From IMG/VR virus record IMGVR_UViG_3300032038_004959: a DNA stretch of 59,549 bases. The stretch is one strand, 5' to 3'. Position 1 is the first letter of the stretch. Each line of letters begins with the position of its first letter. This document shows positions 42,801-51,330 of the stretch, in pieces. A program made the position numbers and the translations under genes. Below the pieces are notes generated by a model. The model was not told where the DNA came from. It made no database searches and saw nothing but the letters and a program-made list of their open reading frames with translations. Origin of the DNA: a virus.

Positions 42801-44160
42801 TCTTTGTGCCGTTGAATTTCTCTATCTTGGTGATATATCCCGAAATCTCTGCCTGAGCCTTTCCGTAGGCTTTTGCGCCCTCATCCATCACCTCATTAAG
42901 GTCTTTCTCTCGTTCCTCTGCCTCTGATATAGTATCAAAGAGAGTGGTGAGCCATGAAACCAACTCTCCGACAAGCACGATGATTGCACCGATGCCTGTT
43001 GATATGAGAGCCGCTTTCAATCCTTTCAGAGCGATAGATGCAGCCCTTGTTGCGATAGTTCCTGCTACGGTTGCTGCGGTTGCCGATTTTGTTGCAGCGG
43101 TATTAGCGACCTGTGCAGCCGTTCCTGCTACGGTAGATGCGTTATTCTTTGTCTGAGCTGCCGTATCGGTAGTGGTCGCTGCCGCATCGAGTTCCTGAGC
43201 TGCTGCATTCTCCGTGATGGCTGCATTCTCAGTAGCGATGACATCAGAACTTTCTCCGATGAGCTTATTCCAAAGTTGTTTGAGACCATTGAGGGTGACG
43301 AGACGGAATGCAGAATCTTTATCGAGAGCTGCCTGAAGCTGCTGCAATCCCATCGTGATAGCCATGAGAGACTGCACTTTGAGCATTATCTTTTGCAGAT
43401 TCTCATTCTCTCCTGCAAAGAGACCGACTGCTCCCTGAGCTGCCGACATTGCGCCCGATACACCTGAGAGACCAACAATGATACCCTGCATTCCTCTTTG
43501 GTCGTGAGCGAGGATAGTAGCCTGAGCAGTCGCATCACTCCAAGCATCGGTCAATCGACCGACTTCCTCTTGGATTTCCTTGTATTTATCAGTATTTCTC
43601 TGACCTGCTGCCTCCATCTCCACGAGTTCAAGTTTCAGCTCACGGATTTTGGTACGCAGATTCTCATGCTTGGATGCGTTCTTTGCAGCTTCCTCAGCCT
43701 CTTTCTTCAACTGCCTCTCTGTTGCAGCGAGAGCATCAGCAGTCTTTGCAGCTTCATCATTGACTTTCTTTCGGATTGCGATATTCTCCTGAATAGCTCT
43801 CTTTTCCTCTTTGAGACGCTTGACCTCTCCTGAATCACCTTTTCGGGATGCTGCCTTAATCTTGTCAGCCAAAGCAGCATATTCTTTTTCGAGGTCTTTG
43901 ATTGCTGCCTTATTGGTATCGACAACCCTATCAATCTCATCGAAACCTTGCTGAATGACGGCGAGCGACTCAGAGGCATTGGTGATAATATCGATATTGA
44001 CATCAGGGATATTGGTTAAGAGTTCAGATATTCTCGAACTCTCAGCCTCTGCCTTTTCTCCTATCTCAGAAACCTTGCCCTCGATGTGGTTCATGCCCTC
44101 ATCGAAACCGCCCATATCAATGGCAGTGCCAAAACTCAAAGTACCGTCATCTACGTTCAT
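39817..44160 (-). CDS. Tail tape measure protein
   Basis: 1447 aa, highly helical with coiled-coil segments and an Ala-rich TM-like central segment. It follows the G/GT chaperone pair. Confidence 0.85.
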   Translation of the reverse strand: MNVDDGTLSFGTAIDMGGFDEGMNHIEGKVSEIGEKAEAESSRISELLTNIPDVNIDIITNASESLAVIQQGFDEIDRVVDTNKAAIKDLEKEYAALADKIKAASRKGDSGEVKRLKEEKRAIQENIAIRKKVNDEAAKTADALAATERQLKKEAEEAAKNASKHENLRTKIRELKLELVEMEAAGQRNTDKYKEIQEEVGRLTDAWSDATAQATILAHDQRGMQGIIVGLSGVSGAMSAAQGAVGLFAGENENLQKIMLKVQSLMAITMGLQQLQAALDKDSAFRLVTLNGLKQLWNKLIGESSDVIATENAAITENAAAQELDAAATTTDTAAQTKNNASTVAGTAAQVANTAATKSATAATVAGTIATRAASIALKGLKAALISTGIGAIIVLVGELVSWLTTLFDTISEAEEREKDLNEVMDEGAKAYGKAQAEISGYITKIEKFNGTKKQEKELVKELNSKYGEALGYYDSLSQWKDVLVTKGEAYCTMLLKEAEAQAILNKYTEAFIALEEARNKKTSDYGHWYTTKAGDEQRKKEAVADAQATADYWMQAYKDKMAEAQNVKLDFNIGGHTDPKSGNKGGGKSGSDFDPKKAALETQKAIDDYKDNVKKYLKGANDEVNQLIIDSQEEGLVKELNVSRSATRRRLEDWENQLRQLAEQRKAMLKAVYMQQKGATEVGWSESDAGKKSIEQYMKDLLADENISKEYYRVRQQITENGENEIMLIRQKYDDMLIEQYGTNLQKQELLYRKWMNKMKFLPAEYVAEASRQMDEEFAKLNSENFKELINWESVFGSLDKQSIQSLQINLERVKKYFEENKATMDGKEIKEYTDAIKQMEDEIASRNPFAAMHKSIKDMSAAKTELLNALKELSTAQTELNAAEEAYKLAMQEQREVIEAIERGELTQDCQQQADAANKLRDATERLAAAQKKNAQAENSVINSRNNLTQSYKSFAQNLKNAGGVIKDVGGKAKNLAQVFSDDLAGGIGKGLDFMDEILGAATDVINAVSDVGKGAAKGIEATVDAAAQGATASAAAGASAISTIEKASVILAVISAALQVATAIANLFNNDDEKQEEIESLQQRIDQLQWELDNRDVVRLQEKYGDAVARVRDIYNETLNACYALHQEEMNGADIITKRRTRMIAQSEAYQKSIEKIADYWANVDYTANRALGSVKYDEARDKLKNMAEQQLLIQEQIDAEKDKKDTDWGSVSDMEDKIRELAGEMADLINELMDDIIGSTAEDLAQTLGDAFFDAVAQGEDAMEAWHQKVNEIVRDILKRMLITQYLEPKIGEIFDKYRSRWFKNGQFQGIEVVRNSANDFANDLNQAGEMFSGIFSALDEATKNLLEDTAERQGESRGIATASQDSVDENNARLTTIQGHTYSLVQGVTELNATSNQILARVTGIERNTDETNNKLDNMNTRIKRIEDSVDDIQRAGIKIKV

Positions 44161-44908
44161 ATTCTTACGATTTCTTCTTCTTCAAAATTGTTGAACTTAT
44201 TGAAATTATCAGGATTGTTTGCATCGAGAGAATCATCATATAGAGGCTTGTCGCTATCTGATTTGTCATTAGGCATCGGCATCGCACGGCTATACATCAC
44301 GGCATTCTTATAACTGATGTCATAGAGAGCCTGTTTGTCGGTCATCCCGAATAGTTTTGCAATACCGAGAACGGTCGCCCAAATGCTATCATTTAGTGCT
44401 GCACCACTTCCTTTGTCGGTTTCAGAATGTTTGCCTCTGACAGGGAAGTGGTAATGGAGAAAAAATGCCCTATCTCCATATCCTGCAATCTCTGAATGAT
44501 TAAATCAAAGATGGTCGATGGCTTGATATTTTCGAGTATGAGCCTCGATAATTCTGCTTGCTTATCAACTATCACCTTAACCTTTTTCTTGCAGGGAAAC
44601 AAGCCGAGAATGCGCTTTTCTTCGATGATTTCCTTTTCTTCTCTGAGATTCTTTGCTCCGAGAATGAGAATTGCGCATATATCTCCGATTGCGCTATAAT
44701 CTTTTGCGTAATGGAGAGCTGAGTAAACTCGCAATTCTTTCGGAATCTCCTTATCTACCACAGGGAGCGTAGAGATAAGCTCAGAAACGAGAATGAGCGT
44801 GGCAATAGATGGGTCTGCAATAGGATAGACCACACCGCCAAGCTCAATCTTATTGGTCGCTTTTTCAAGAATGGCAGATGCGACCCTCTGCTCTATTGTC
44901 TGTGCCAT
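44157..44908 (-). CDS. Tail assembly chaperone GT-like product (-1 programmed frameshift)
   Basis: Slippery heptamer T_TTT_TTC in the zero frame at 44459..44465. I read the -1 frame as open from there to the stop at 44157, joining ORF 44157..44345. Confidence 0.55.
44393..44908 (-). CDS. Tail assembly chaperone G-like protein
   Basis: Start trimmed to MAQTIEQR (44908), because the longer ORF runs through the tRNA. Lies between the tail tube and tape measure genes. Confidence 0.6.
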   Translation of the reverse strand: MAQTIEQRVASAILEKATNKIELGGVVYPIADPSIATLILVSELISTLPVVDKEIPKELRVYSALHYAKDYSAIGDICAILILGAKNLREEKEIIEEKRILGLFPCKKKVKVIVDKQAELSRLILENIKPSTIFDLIIQRLQDMEIGHFFSITTSLSEANILKPTKEVVQH

Positions 44909-44929
44909 ATTATAAAAAACTGAGTTTAG

Positions 44930-45002
44930 TTGCAGGAGACGGACTCGAACCGCCGACTTCAAGCCAATGAGACTTGCGAGCTACCAACTGCTCTATCCTG
45001 CG
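44930..45002 (-). tRNA. tRNA with CAT anticodon (Met, or Ile2 if lysidine-modified); non-canonical anticodon loop
   Basis: Hand-folded 73-nt cloverleaf. Acceptor stem 2-7/66-71 with a C1-A72 mismatch. D arm GAGC/GCTC with G18G19. Anticodon stem CAAGT/GCTTG with loop CTCATTG. T arm GGCGG-TTCGAGT-CCGTC. No encoded CCA. Confidence 0.7.
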
Positions 45003-45007
45003 ATGAA

Positions 45008-45032
45008 GGCAGTTTTCTCCTACCAAACTGCC
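45008..45032 (-). other. 8-bp hairpin between the tail tube gene and the tRNA
   Basis: GGCAGTTT (45008..45015) pairs with AAACTGCC (45025..45032), with a 9-nt loop. Confidence 0.4.
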
Positions 45033-45069
45033 AAAGGGTGTCTATTCCACTCGCCATTAGGATGTGCCG

Positions 45070-45579
45070 TTATTGGGTCGCCCAATCGGCAGCCTTGACC
45101 TTGAACTTCTTATAAAGCTCACCATCCTCGCAAGCGAGAATCTTGAAAGTCAAGTCCACATACTGACCCTCTTCCTCAGACGAGCCAGGACGGAACGATA
45201 CATGAGTACGGCGAGCCTTGATGCCGACCGCTCCGATATTCTTCGGAGTGAGCTTCATTGAGAAATCATCAGAAACGATATTCGTCTTGACGGTCAGCTC
45301 ATCACTGGAAGCGACTGCGCCTGTGAACAGGGTCTCGACCGCAAAGGACATTTCCTTTACTCGGGTCGTGATGGAGATTACAGGCTCGCCCTCTTCCTCT
45401 GCGACTACTACGCCGCCTGTGGCAGTTGCGGTCAATGTCTCGCCATCTTCTGCGGACATTGTGGTCGATTTGTCGTTGATAACGCCGATGTCGGTCAGTT
45501 CAGCAGCCATCGCATCATCTGCGCCTGTCTTGCCGACCTCAATCTTACACTTCGACCATGACATGATAATCTTGCTCAT
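45070..45579 (-). CDS. Major tail (tube) protein candidate
   Basis: 169-aa ORF immediately upstream of the chaperone/tape-measure genes. The call is based on position. Confidence 0.5.
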   Translation of the reverse strand: MSKIIMSWSKCKIEVGKTGADDAMAAELTDIGVINDKSTTMSAEDGETLTATATGGVVVAEEEGEPVISITTRVKEMSFAVETLFTGAVASSDELTVKTNIVSDDFSMKLTPKNIGAVGIKARRTHVSFRPGSSEEEGQYVDLTFKILACEDGELYKKFKVKAADWATQ

Positions 45580-45583
45580 AATC

Positions 45584-45994
45584 TTATTGTGCTAAACGAT
45601 TAAACTTAATTCTTGCAGTGATGAGATGCTGCTCTATTCCCTCTATCTTCATGGAGGTAGGAGAGGTATCTGTCTGCATCCAATACTCGGTATCATCATT
45701 CTCATCGATGAACTGCTGAATGAGCGTTTCGAGAGCTTCTACACGGCTCAAATCCTCTACCTTGCGCCCATCCTTGCCGAATGGCACATCAGGCACATAG
45801 ATATTCAGGAGAACGACTCCGCTCTGTATCTGCTCATCGAGACCTGCGAGGAACTTCACAATCAAATCCTCAGTCTTAGCATTGGCAGGACGCATCTCAG
45901 GACGATAGACCTTCCCCCTGATACCCTGACCGAGAACGCTCTGACTGACGAAAGAAAAGAAGTCTCGTTCAATCTGTTTTTCACTCTTTATCAT
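45584..45994 (-). CDS. Tail completion / terminator-like protein
   Basis: 136-aa ORF between the connector genes and the tube gene. The call is based on position. Confidence 0.35.
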   Translation of the reverse strand: MIKSEKQIERDFFSFVSQSVLGQGIRGKVYRPEMRPANAKTEDLIVKFLAGLDEQIQSGVVLLNIYVPDVPFGKDGRKVEDLSRVEALETLIQQFIDENDDTEYWMQTDTSPTSMKIEGIEQHLITARIKFNRLAQ

Positions 45995-46485
45995 TTCGAT
46001 GTAATGATTCCGTTTAATAGTTGCTTCATCAAACTCTCCGCTTTCAGCTCTGCGGAAGTGAGTACATCTTTATGGTGAACATTCTCGACATAAGCCGCAT
46101 AGTTCATTCCTGCACAGACGATGAGGACGATGCCCCAGGGGAATTTCGCTTGCAGCTTTTGAAGTAGAGCTTCGGCAGCAGGTGCACCCTGCTCTCCATT
46201 GCCTTTCTCTCCGCTATACTGCTTACTCGCTCCCTGCTGAACAGGCTTTCCATCATAGAGTATCACATATCCGATGGATGACCTCAGATTTCCTGTGATG
46301 TCATTATAGCTGCCATTCTTACGAGCTATCCTGATACATTCCTCTCCGATGAAAGAGAGCTGCTCTATTATCAGGTCGGCAATATCTTTCATCTTCGCCT
46401 GTAATTCCGACCTCAGCTTTCGCATATCGGTCTTACTGACGATGATTCCTTTATATTTGCCATGTGTCTGAGTTACGACTGCCAT
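45991..46485 (-). CDS. HK97 gp10-like neck/tail-joining protein
   Basis: 164 aa. The C-terminal AAYVENVHHKDV pattern is reminiscent of the gp10 family, and the gene is in the connector block. Confidence 0.4.
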   Translation of the reverse strand: MAVVTQTHGKYKGIIVSKTDMRKLRSELQAKMKDIADLIIEQLSFIGEECIRIARKNGSYNDITGNLRSSIGYVILYDGKPVQQGASKQYSGEKGNGEQGAPAAEALLQKLQAKFPWGIVLIVCAGMNYAAYVENVHHKDVLTSAELKAESLMKQLLNGIITSK

Positions 46486-46486
46486 A

Positions 46487-46828
46487 TTACACCATTATCT
46501 GAATTCTCCCTACGGTCGTAAGAGGCTCAACAGACATCACCCGATGCTCGCCGAGGTCTTCGCCCAATCGCTCTAACTTGATGCGGACTGCATCGAATTC
46601 CGACATCTCAATCAGGATGAGGAATGATGCTTGCCGAAACTCGCCATCCTCATATTTGCCTAATCGGGTATCGCTATTCGTCTTGATAGAGCAAGGGATT
46701 TCTTCGCCCCAACTTTCCTGCTCGCCTGTGATAGGCTCACCATACTCATTGACCGAATCTTCGCCCTCTGAGACAATCAGAGCTTTCAGATGTCCGTTAT
46801 ACCTCATACTACCATAGTTTAGAGCCAT
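46487..46828 (-). CDS. Head closure / head-tail adaptor candidate
   Basis: 113-aa ORF in the connector block. Confidence 0.35.
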   Translation of the reverse strand: MALNYGSMRYNGHLKALIVSEGEDSVNEYGEPITGEQESWGEEIPCSIKTNSDTRLGKYEDGEFRQASFLILIEMSEFDAVRIKLERLGEDLGEHRVMSVEPLTTVGRIQIMV

Positions 46829-47141
46829 CCTCCATAACTCGGAGATAATCGCTCAGAATTTCGTCAGCATCGAGACCATAGATATTGCACCAATAACGGA
46901 TGCTCTTTTCGACTGTATCGGGCATGACAGAAGTAGAAACGCCATTCTCAGAACGGCTACCCTCTACATATCCCATCACAAGAGACACGGCTATCCGAAA
47001 GAGTTTTTCATCTTTCGGAGTAGCCTCTGCCTCTGCTTCGATGCCCTCGTTGAACAGAGCAAGGTCGATGGTTGCGTTATCGGGATAGAATGTGTTGGCG
47101 ATAGCGTTACACAGATTCCTCAATGCGACTGAATTCTTCAT
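46809..47141 (-). CDS. Head-tail connector candidate
   Basis: 110-aa ORF directly after the capsid gene. Confidence 0.35.
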   Translation of the reverse strand: MKNSVALRNLCNAIANTFYPDNATIDLALFNEGIEAEAEATPKDEKLFRIAVSLVMGYVEGSRSENGVSTSVMPDTVEKSIRYWCNIYGLDADEILSDYLRVMEDGSKLW

Positions 47142-47144
47142 CGA

Positions 47145-48251
47145 TTAGTTCTGAGTTTTGAGGGTGTAGATACCATTCATCTCTGTGATAACAGGAAGTG
47201 CGAGAACCTCTGCCTTGGTGAACTCAACGCCATTGCTGCCCTGAGTCTCGCCTACGCCCCACTGAGATACTCGGATTCTTCCATAGTTAGAGTATGCGAC
47301 TCCTGCCTCAGGCTTCAGCTCGTTGTTCGCCCAAGCGTTCTTAACGAGACCGAGCTTGCCCTCAGGAATGAAGACCATGTTCTTCTGATTCCAAGGATTG
47401 TAAGGAGTGCGCTGAGTGCCATTCTGAATACGAACCTGACGGCGGATAGGCTCGAAGATTGGGAAGGAGTTTTCCTCCATGTAAGCATTGATGTCCTTCA
47501 ACTGAACAATCTTAGAAGATTTGTCCGTGCCGTGAATCATCTGCTTCATCTTCTTGCTGCGGCACATATACGAGATAAGTGCAGGAGCGCAAAGAATCTT
47601 AGAGAATACCACCTTATCCTGAGCGGCATCGATGATGCCCTGAATATCCTCGAAGCAGTCAACCGTCTCGATGTTGGCATCCGTCCACTGAGTGCTTGCC
47701 GAAGCGATGTTGTCGGCAGGCTGATTGAAGTTAATCAAGCCACGAGCACCGCCCTCAGGGTTGGTTGTCTCATCGAGAGTGAACTTGCCCTCATTGGAGA
47801 GTGCGCCACAGAAGATGAGGTCGAGCTTGCCGAGAACAGACTTAACGACCGTCTCAACATCGCCCCACATGAGCTTGATGAGCTGCTGAGTCTTTACCTT
47901 GTCAGGCAGAGACTTGGAATCGAGGATTTGCAGCACCTTACGATAATCCTTGACCGTCATCGGGAGAGTGATGGCATGGTTCAGGATGGTCTCTTTCAGC
48001 GTCTCCATACCCTCAGTTCCGAGGATAGCCTCCTTAGCATCTGTGCCGATGGTAGGAGCAGCGACCGTGATGTTATACTGACCAATCAGCTCCTCGAAGT
48101 CGAGACCAACGGTAGGAACATCCCAATCAATGAAACGCTCGAAGATGATGTTGTCAAAGAGCTGCTTATTCAGCTCAGAGGCAGCATCGAAGCGAATCTG
48201 AACATTCTTAGTCAGTTCGCCGAAAATCGAAGAATAAAGAAATTCAGGCAT
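47145..48251 (-). CDS. Major capsid protein
   Basis: 368-aa ORF preceded by scaffold-like and decoration-like genes. Its size and position fit an HK97-fold/protein-E-like capsid protein. Confidence 0.7.
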   Translation of the reverse strand: MPEFLYSSIFGELTKNVQIRFDAASELNKQLFDNIIFERFIDWDVPTVGLDFEELIGQYNITVAAPTIGTDAKEAILGTEGMETLKETILNHAITLPMTVKDYRKVLQILDSKSLPDKVKTQQLIKLMWGDVETVVKSVLGKLDLIFCGALSNEGKFTLDETTNPEGGARGLINFNQPADNIASASTQWTDANIETVDCFEDIQGIIDAAQDKVVFSKILCAPALISYMCRSKKMKQMIHGTDKSSKIVQLKDINAYMEENSFPIFEPIRRQVRIQNGTQRTPYNPWNQKNMVFIPEGKLGLVKNAWANNELKPEAGVAYSNYGRIRVSQWGVGETQGSNGVEFTKAEVLALPVITEMNGIYTLKTQN

Positions 48252-48256
48252 AGTGA

Positions 48257-48994
48257 TTACTGCTTAATGAACAGAATGTTCGGGTTAGACTTGAGGCAGC
48301 AGCCGTTCAACCACTCAGGCAGCACAGGGAAGCTCAGACTCGGATAGAGTACAACTGCTTCAAAAGCTGCATCGATGGTCGGGAGACCTTTGCCGTTAAA
48401 TTCTTTCACTGCTCCGTTTACCATATTCGGAGTGTACTTTGAGCCTGCGGTCTGCAAAACGACATAATCGTTTGCAGCGAGGGTCTTTTCTCCGAGGTAA
48501 GGAGTTACGCTTGCGAGAGCAATCTGCCCATCAGAGGGATTTGACTCGACAATCTTCAATGCGCCTTCCGTGGTGGAGGTTGCATCGATATAGCCGTAAT
48601 CACGAGACTCGATGAGAACATCATTGGTAGTCAGACCTGTGATGGCAGCAGAGAGATTGAGGACATCGTAATCTGCATTCGATGTGTCGATAGTAGAGAT
48701 GGAAACAGACTTATCGGTCTTTCCTACCTTTGCTACCACATCACCCGCTGCGAAAAGATGACCCTTAGCAACACGAGCCTTAGAGGTCGTGCCGCCTGCA
48801 AGAACCTTTGCGAGCTTGATAACTGCTGCGCTCATCTCATCGAAGTTCACCTCAACGAGAACGCCACGATGAAGCACCGTTCCGTTTGCGATGTTATTCT
48901 TCGGCTTGAATCCGCCAGGCAGCATCTTACATTCGCCACGCCAAATCTCAGGAGTGTGTCCTTTGACAGCCGTTTTCTTAAATTCGATAGCCAT
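48257..48994 (-). CDS. Head-associated structural protein (decoration-like?)
   Basis: 245-aa ORF between the scaffold and capsid genes. No protease motif seen. Confidence 0.35.
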   Translation of the reverse strand: MAIEFKKTAVKGHTPEIWRGECKMLPGGFKPKNNIANGTVLHRGVLVEVNFDEMSAAVIKLAKVLAGGTTSKARVAKGHLFAAGDVVAKVGKTDKSVSISTIDTSNADYDVLNLSAAITGLTTNDVLIESRDYGYIDATSTTEGALKIVESNPSDGQIALASVTPYLGEKTLAANDYVVLQTAGSKYTPNMVNGAVKEFNGKGLPTIDAAFEAVVLYPSLSFPVLPEWLNGCCLKSNPNILFIKQ

Positions 48995-49032
48995 TGTTTA
49001 CTGCGAATTAAAGGGTGAATAATTACGGATGC

Positions 49033-49632
49033 TTACTTATTCGGGAGAGATTCTGCCCAAGCCTTTGCATCGGCTTTCATGGCATCTTCTTTCTGCCCTG
49101 TTTCTGACGCTGCATCCTTTGGCATCAGATTGTTGCTCACCAAGTCCTGTTTGAAATCTGCGAGTTCTTTTGCGATGTCTGCATCATCAGCGATAGCGAT
49201 ACGTTTCATCAGGTACTCAGGGATTCCGAGTTTCTTGGCTTCTGCTGCGATGAGTGCGGAACGCTCGCCCTTTGCTTTCTCAGCTTTCAGAGCATCATTC
49301 TCAGATTGCAGATTTTCGAGCTGCTCCTTGAATGGTGCAAGCTGCTTGGCAATAGCCTGAGCGATAGCATCATCACCTTCACCCTCATCTCCGCCCTCTC
49401 CATCGGATTTCGGAGTCTGATTGTGGTTTGACTTGCGTGTCTTCCTCGTGATTTCACCCTGCATGAGTTTAGCATAGGGAACGAGAGAATCCGCTGCTTT
49501 CTTGATGTCCTCATCAGAGGCATCGGTGGCAAGACCTTGTGCGCCGATTTCACTCAGCTCATCCAATGCCTTGTCAGTTAATCCCATATCCTTGCAAAGC
49601 TCGGATAAGGTCTTACGGAGTTTGGTTTTCAT
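49033..49632 (-). CDS. Scaffolding protein
   Basis: 199 aa, acidic, with coiled-coil segments (QLENLQSENDALKAEKAK). First gene of the capsid operon. Confidence 0.55.
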   Translation of the reverse strand: MKTKLRKTLSELCKDMGLTDKALDELSEIGAQGLATDASDEDIKKAADSLVPYAKLMQGEITRKTRKSNHNQTPKSDGEGGDEGEGDDAIAQAIAKQLAPFKEQLENLQSENDALKAEKAKGERSALIAAEAKKLGIPEYLMKRIAIADDADIAKELADFKQDLVSNNLMPKDAASETGQKEDAMKADAKAWAESLPNK

Positions 49633-49678
49633 ATTATCTTTAATTAAAAAAATGATGTAGAATTCGAGTTCTTTGGCG

Positions 49679-49686
49679 CAAAGATA
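49679..49686 (-). promoter_or_regulatory. Candidate -7 promoter box (TATCTTTG) for the capsid/tail operon
   Basis: Plus-strand caaagata, 46 nt upstream of the scaffold ATG. The palindrome ATGCCTATTAAGCAC lies at 49704..49718. Confidence 0.4.
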
Positions 49687-49840
49687 CGATTTTTCTTTGA
49701 TATATGCCTATTAAGCACCCAAAAATTTTTTTATATTTAACATTGTGCAGACCACGCAGTTATAGCGTTTATCAAGATATTATTAAGATTTTTTAAGAAA
49801 AATAATCGCTCAAAAAGTTGCCTATTAAGTAAATAGTCTA

Positions 49841-49848
49841 TATCTTTG
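49841..49848 (+). promoter_or_regulatory. Candidate -7 promoter box (TATCTTTG) for the plus-strand accessory island
   Basis: Exact TAnnTTTG match, 83 nt upstream of the ATG at 49932. Flanked by palindrome-like sites at 49818..49832 and 49862..49876. Confidence 0.4.
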
Positions 49849-49931
49849 CACACAGAAAGAGATACCTAATAGGCATTTCAATCGAAAACGAGAATGTAAA
49901 ACGGAAGTTTCAAAATTAAAATTTCAACGCA

Positions 49932-50444
49932 ATGTTAATTTCAGAATTCATCGACAGAACAGGTTTCAGACCAACAGAGGACTACTATCACACAGTGATT
50001 GATCCTGAGTATAATCGTAGCAACCTTGATAAGGATGCTTGGTGCAAGCAATGGAAAAAGAACGGAGGCATTCAGAAAGCCTATGATGCTCTCAAAGAGC
50101 AAGCCGCCAATGAATATGCCAATGCCCTGAGTCTCGAAAATGAGGTTAAGAAGCTCAAAGAAATGAATGACAATCAGTCTCAGGTCATCCGTGATGAGCG
50201 AGAGAAATCCTTTGAACTCAGTCAGACTCTCGATAATGCCATGAGCGACCTGAATGCAGCTCAGGAAAGAGAGCAATCAATGATGTATGAGCTTCTCGAA
50301 ATCTCTGAGAAATACTCATCTGCTGAACTGAGAGAGATTGTCATCAACGCCATCGGCTTCAAAGAATATATCTCATATAAATTCGAGCATGATATGGCTA
50401 TATGGCAGCTCGATAGAGATAAAATCATCGAGAATCTGAAATAA
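49932..50444 (+). CDS. Hypothetical coiled-coil protein
   Basis: 170-aa ORF. TTCAACGCAA (49923..49932) abuts the ATG. Confidence 0.5.
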   Translation: MLISEFIDRTGFRPTEDYYHTVIDPEYNRSNLDKDAWCKQWKKNGGIQKAYDALKEQAANEYANALSLENEVKKLKEMNDNQSQVIRDEREKSFELSQTLDNAMSDLNAAQEREQSMMYELLEISEKYSSAELREIVINAIGFKEYISYKFEHDMAIWQLDRDKIIENLK

Positions 50445-50458
50445 ACTAAGTTTAATCA

Positions 50459-50478
50459 GGGGAGGCTCAGTCCTCCCC
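50459..50478 (+). other. GC-rich hairpin after ORF 49932..50444
   Basis: GGGGAGG ctcagt CCTCCCC: 7-bp stem and 6-nt loop. No U-tract follows, so terminator function is uncertain. Confidence 0.35.
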
Positions 50479-50494
50479 ATAAATCAACGCAACA

Positions 50495-51325
50495 ATGGAG
50501 AAAGTAAATGTTTATCAGATGGTCACAGACCGCATCATCGAGGAACTTCAAAAAGGTATCATTCCTTGGCATAAGCCTTGGTCAGGTGCAGGTCTCGCAG
50601 ACGGAGGCGCAGTGAACTATGTTTCACGCAAGCCTTATTCAATGCTCAATCAGATGCTTTTGGGTCGAGAGGGCGAGTATCTCACATTCAAGCAGGTCAA
50701 AGACTTGGGAGGCGACATCAAGAAAGGCGCAAAATCATCGATGGTCGTTTTCTTCACGATGATTTCTCACGGCAAGAAAAAGACTCAGGATGAGAACGGA
50801 AACGAGGTCGAAGTTACGACCGCCAAAGAGCATCTTATCCCTGTCCTGAAGTATTATCGAGTATTCCATATTGATGACACAACAGGAATCGAGAGTAAGA
50901 TTAAGGCAGACGAGCCAATCGAGCCGACAATCCTTCCAATCGAAGCTGCTGAGAATGTCATCAACGGCTCTCCTGAGCCTGAGAAAGAGCCTCAGAGCGA
51001 AGATTTATCTCCGATGATGAAGCAGTTTCAGGATTTGAAAGCCACGCATCCTGATGCGACTATCTTATTCCGATGCGGTGATTTCTACGAGACCTATCAA
51101 GAGGATGCAGAAGTGGTCGCCAAGATACTCGGTATCACCCTCACCAAGAAAGATGATATTAAGATGGCAGGATTCCCACATCACGCCCTCGACCAATATC
51201 TCCCGATGCTCATCCGTCATGGTATGAGAGTCGCTATCTGCGACCAGCTCGAAGACCCTAAGACCGCTCAGAAGCTCGCAAAGCGAGGCATCACAGAGAT
51301 TGTTTCATCCGATAATAATAATTAA
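50495..51325 (+). CDS. ArdC-N (DUF1738) ssDNA-binding domain fused to a MutS domain I (mismatch-binding) module
   Basis: 276 aa. N-terminus PWHKPW...[15 protein letters not shown] as in ArdC-N. C-terminus [29 protein letters not shown]...[33 protein letters not shown] aligns by eye with the E. coli MutS N-terminus. Confidence 0.8.
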   Translation: MEKVNVYQMVTDRIIEELQKGIIPWHKPWSGAGLADGGAVNYVSRKPYSMLNQMLLGREGEYLTFKQVKDLGGDIKKGAKSSMVVFFTMISHGKKKTQDENGNEVEVTTAKEHLIPVLKYYRVFHIDDTTGIESKIKADEPIEPTILPIEAAENVINGSPEPEKEPQSEDLSPMMKQFQDLKATHPDATILFRCGDFYETYQEDAEVVAKILGITLTKKDDIKMAGFPHHALDQYLPMLIRHGMRVAICDQLEDPKTAQKLAKRGITEIVSSDNNN

Positions 51326-51330
51326 AGATT

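Noticed and set aside
44930-45002. The tRNA as the attP core (integration into a host tRNA gene).
   Set aside because: It is a complete cloverleaf rather than a 3' fragment. It lies about 22 kb from the integrase, inside the tail operon, whereas the arm-type repeats lie next to int.
47532-48347. 271-aa plus-strand ORF, along with many other 60-165-aa ORFs lying opposite the long minus-strand genes.
   Set aside because: It lies entirely antisense to the capsid and decoration genes, has no start context, and has low-complexity Leu/Arg/Ser-rich composition typical of shadow ORFs. The same reasoning applies to the other antisense or alternate-frame ORFs inside annotated genes.
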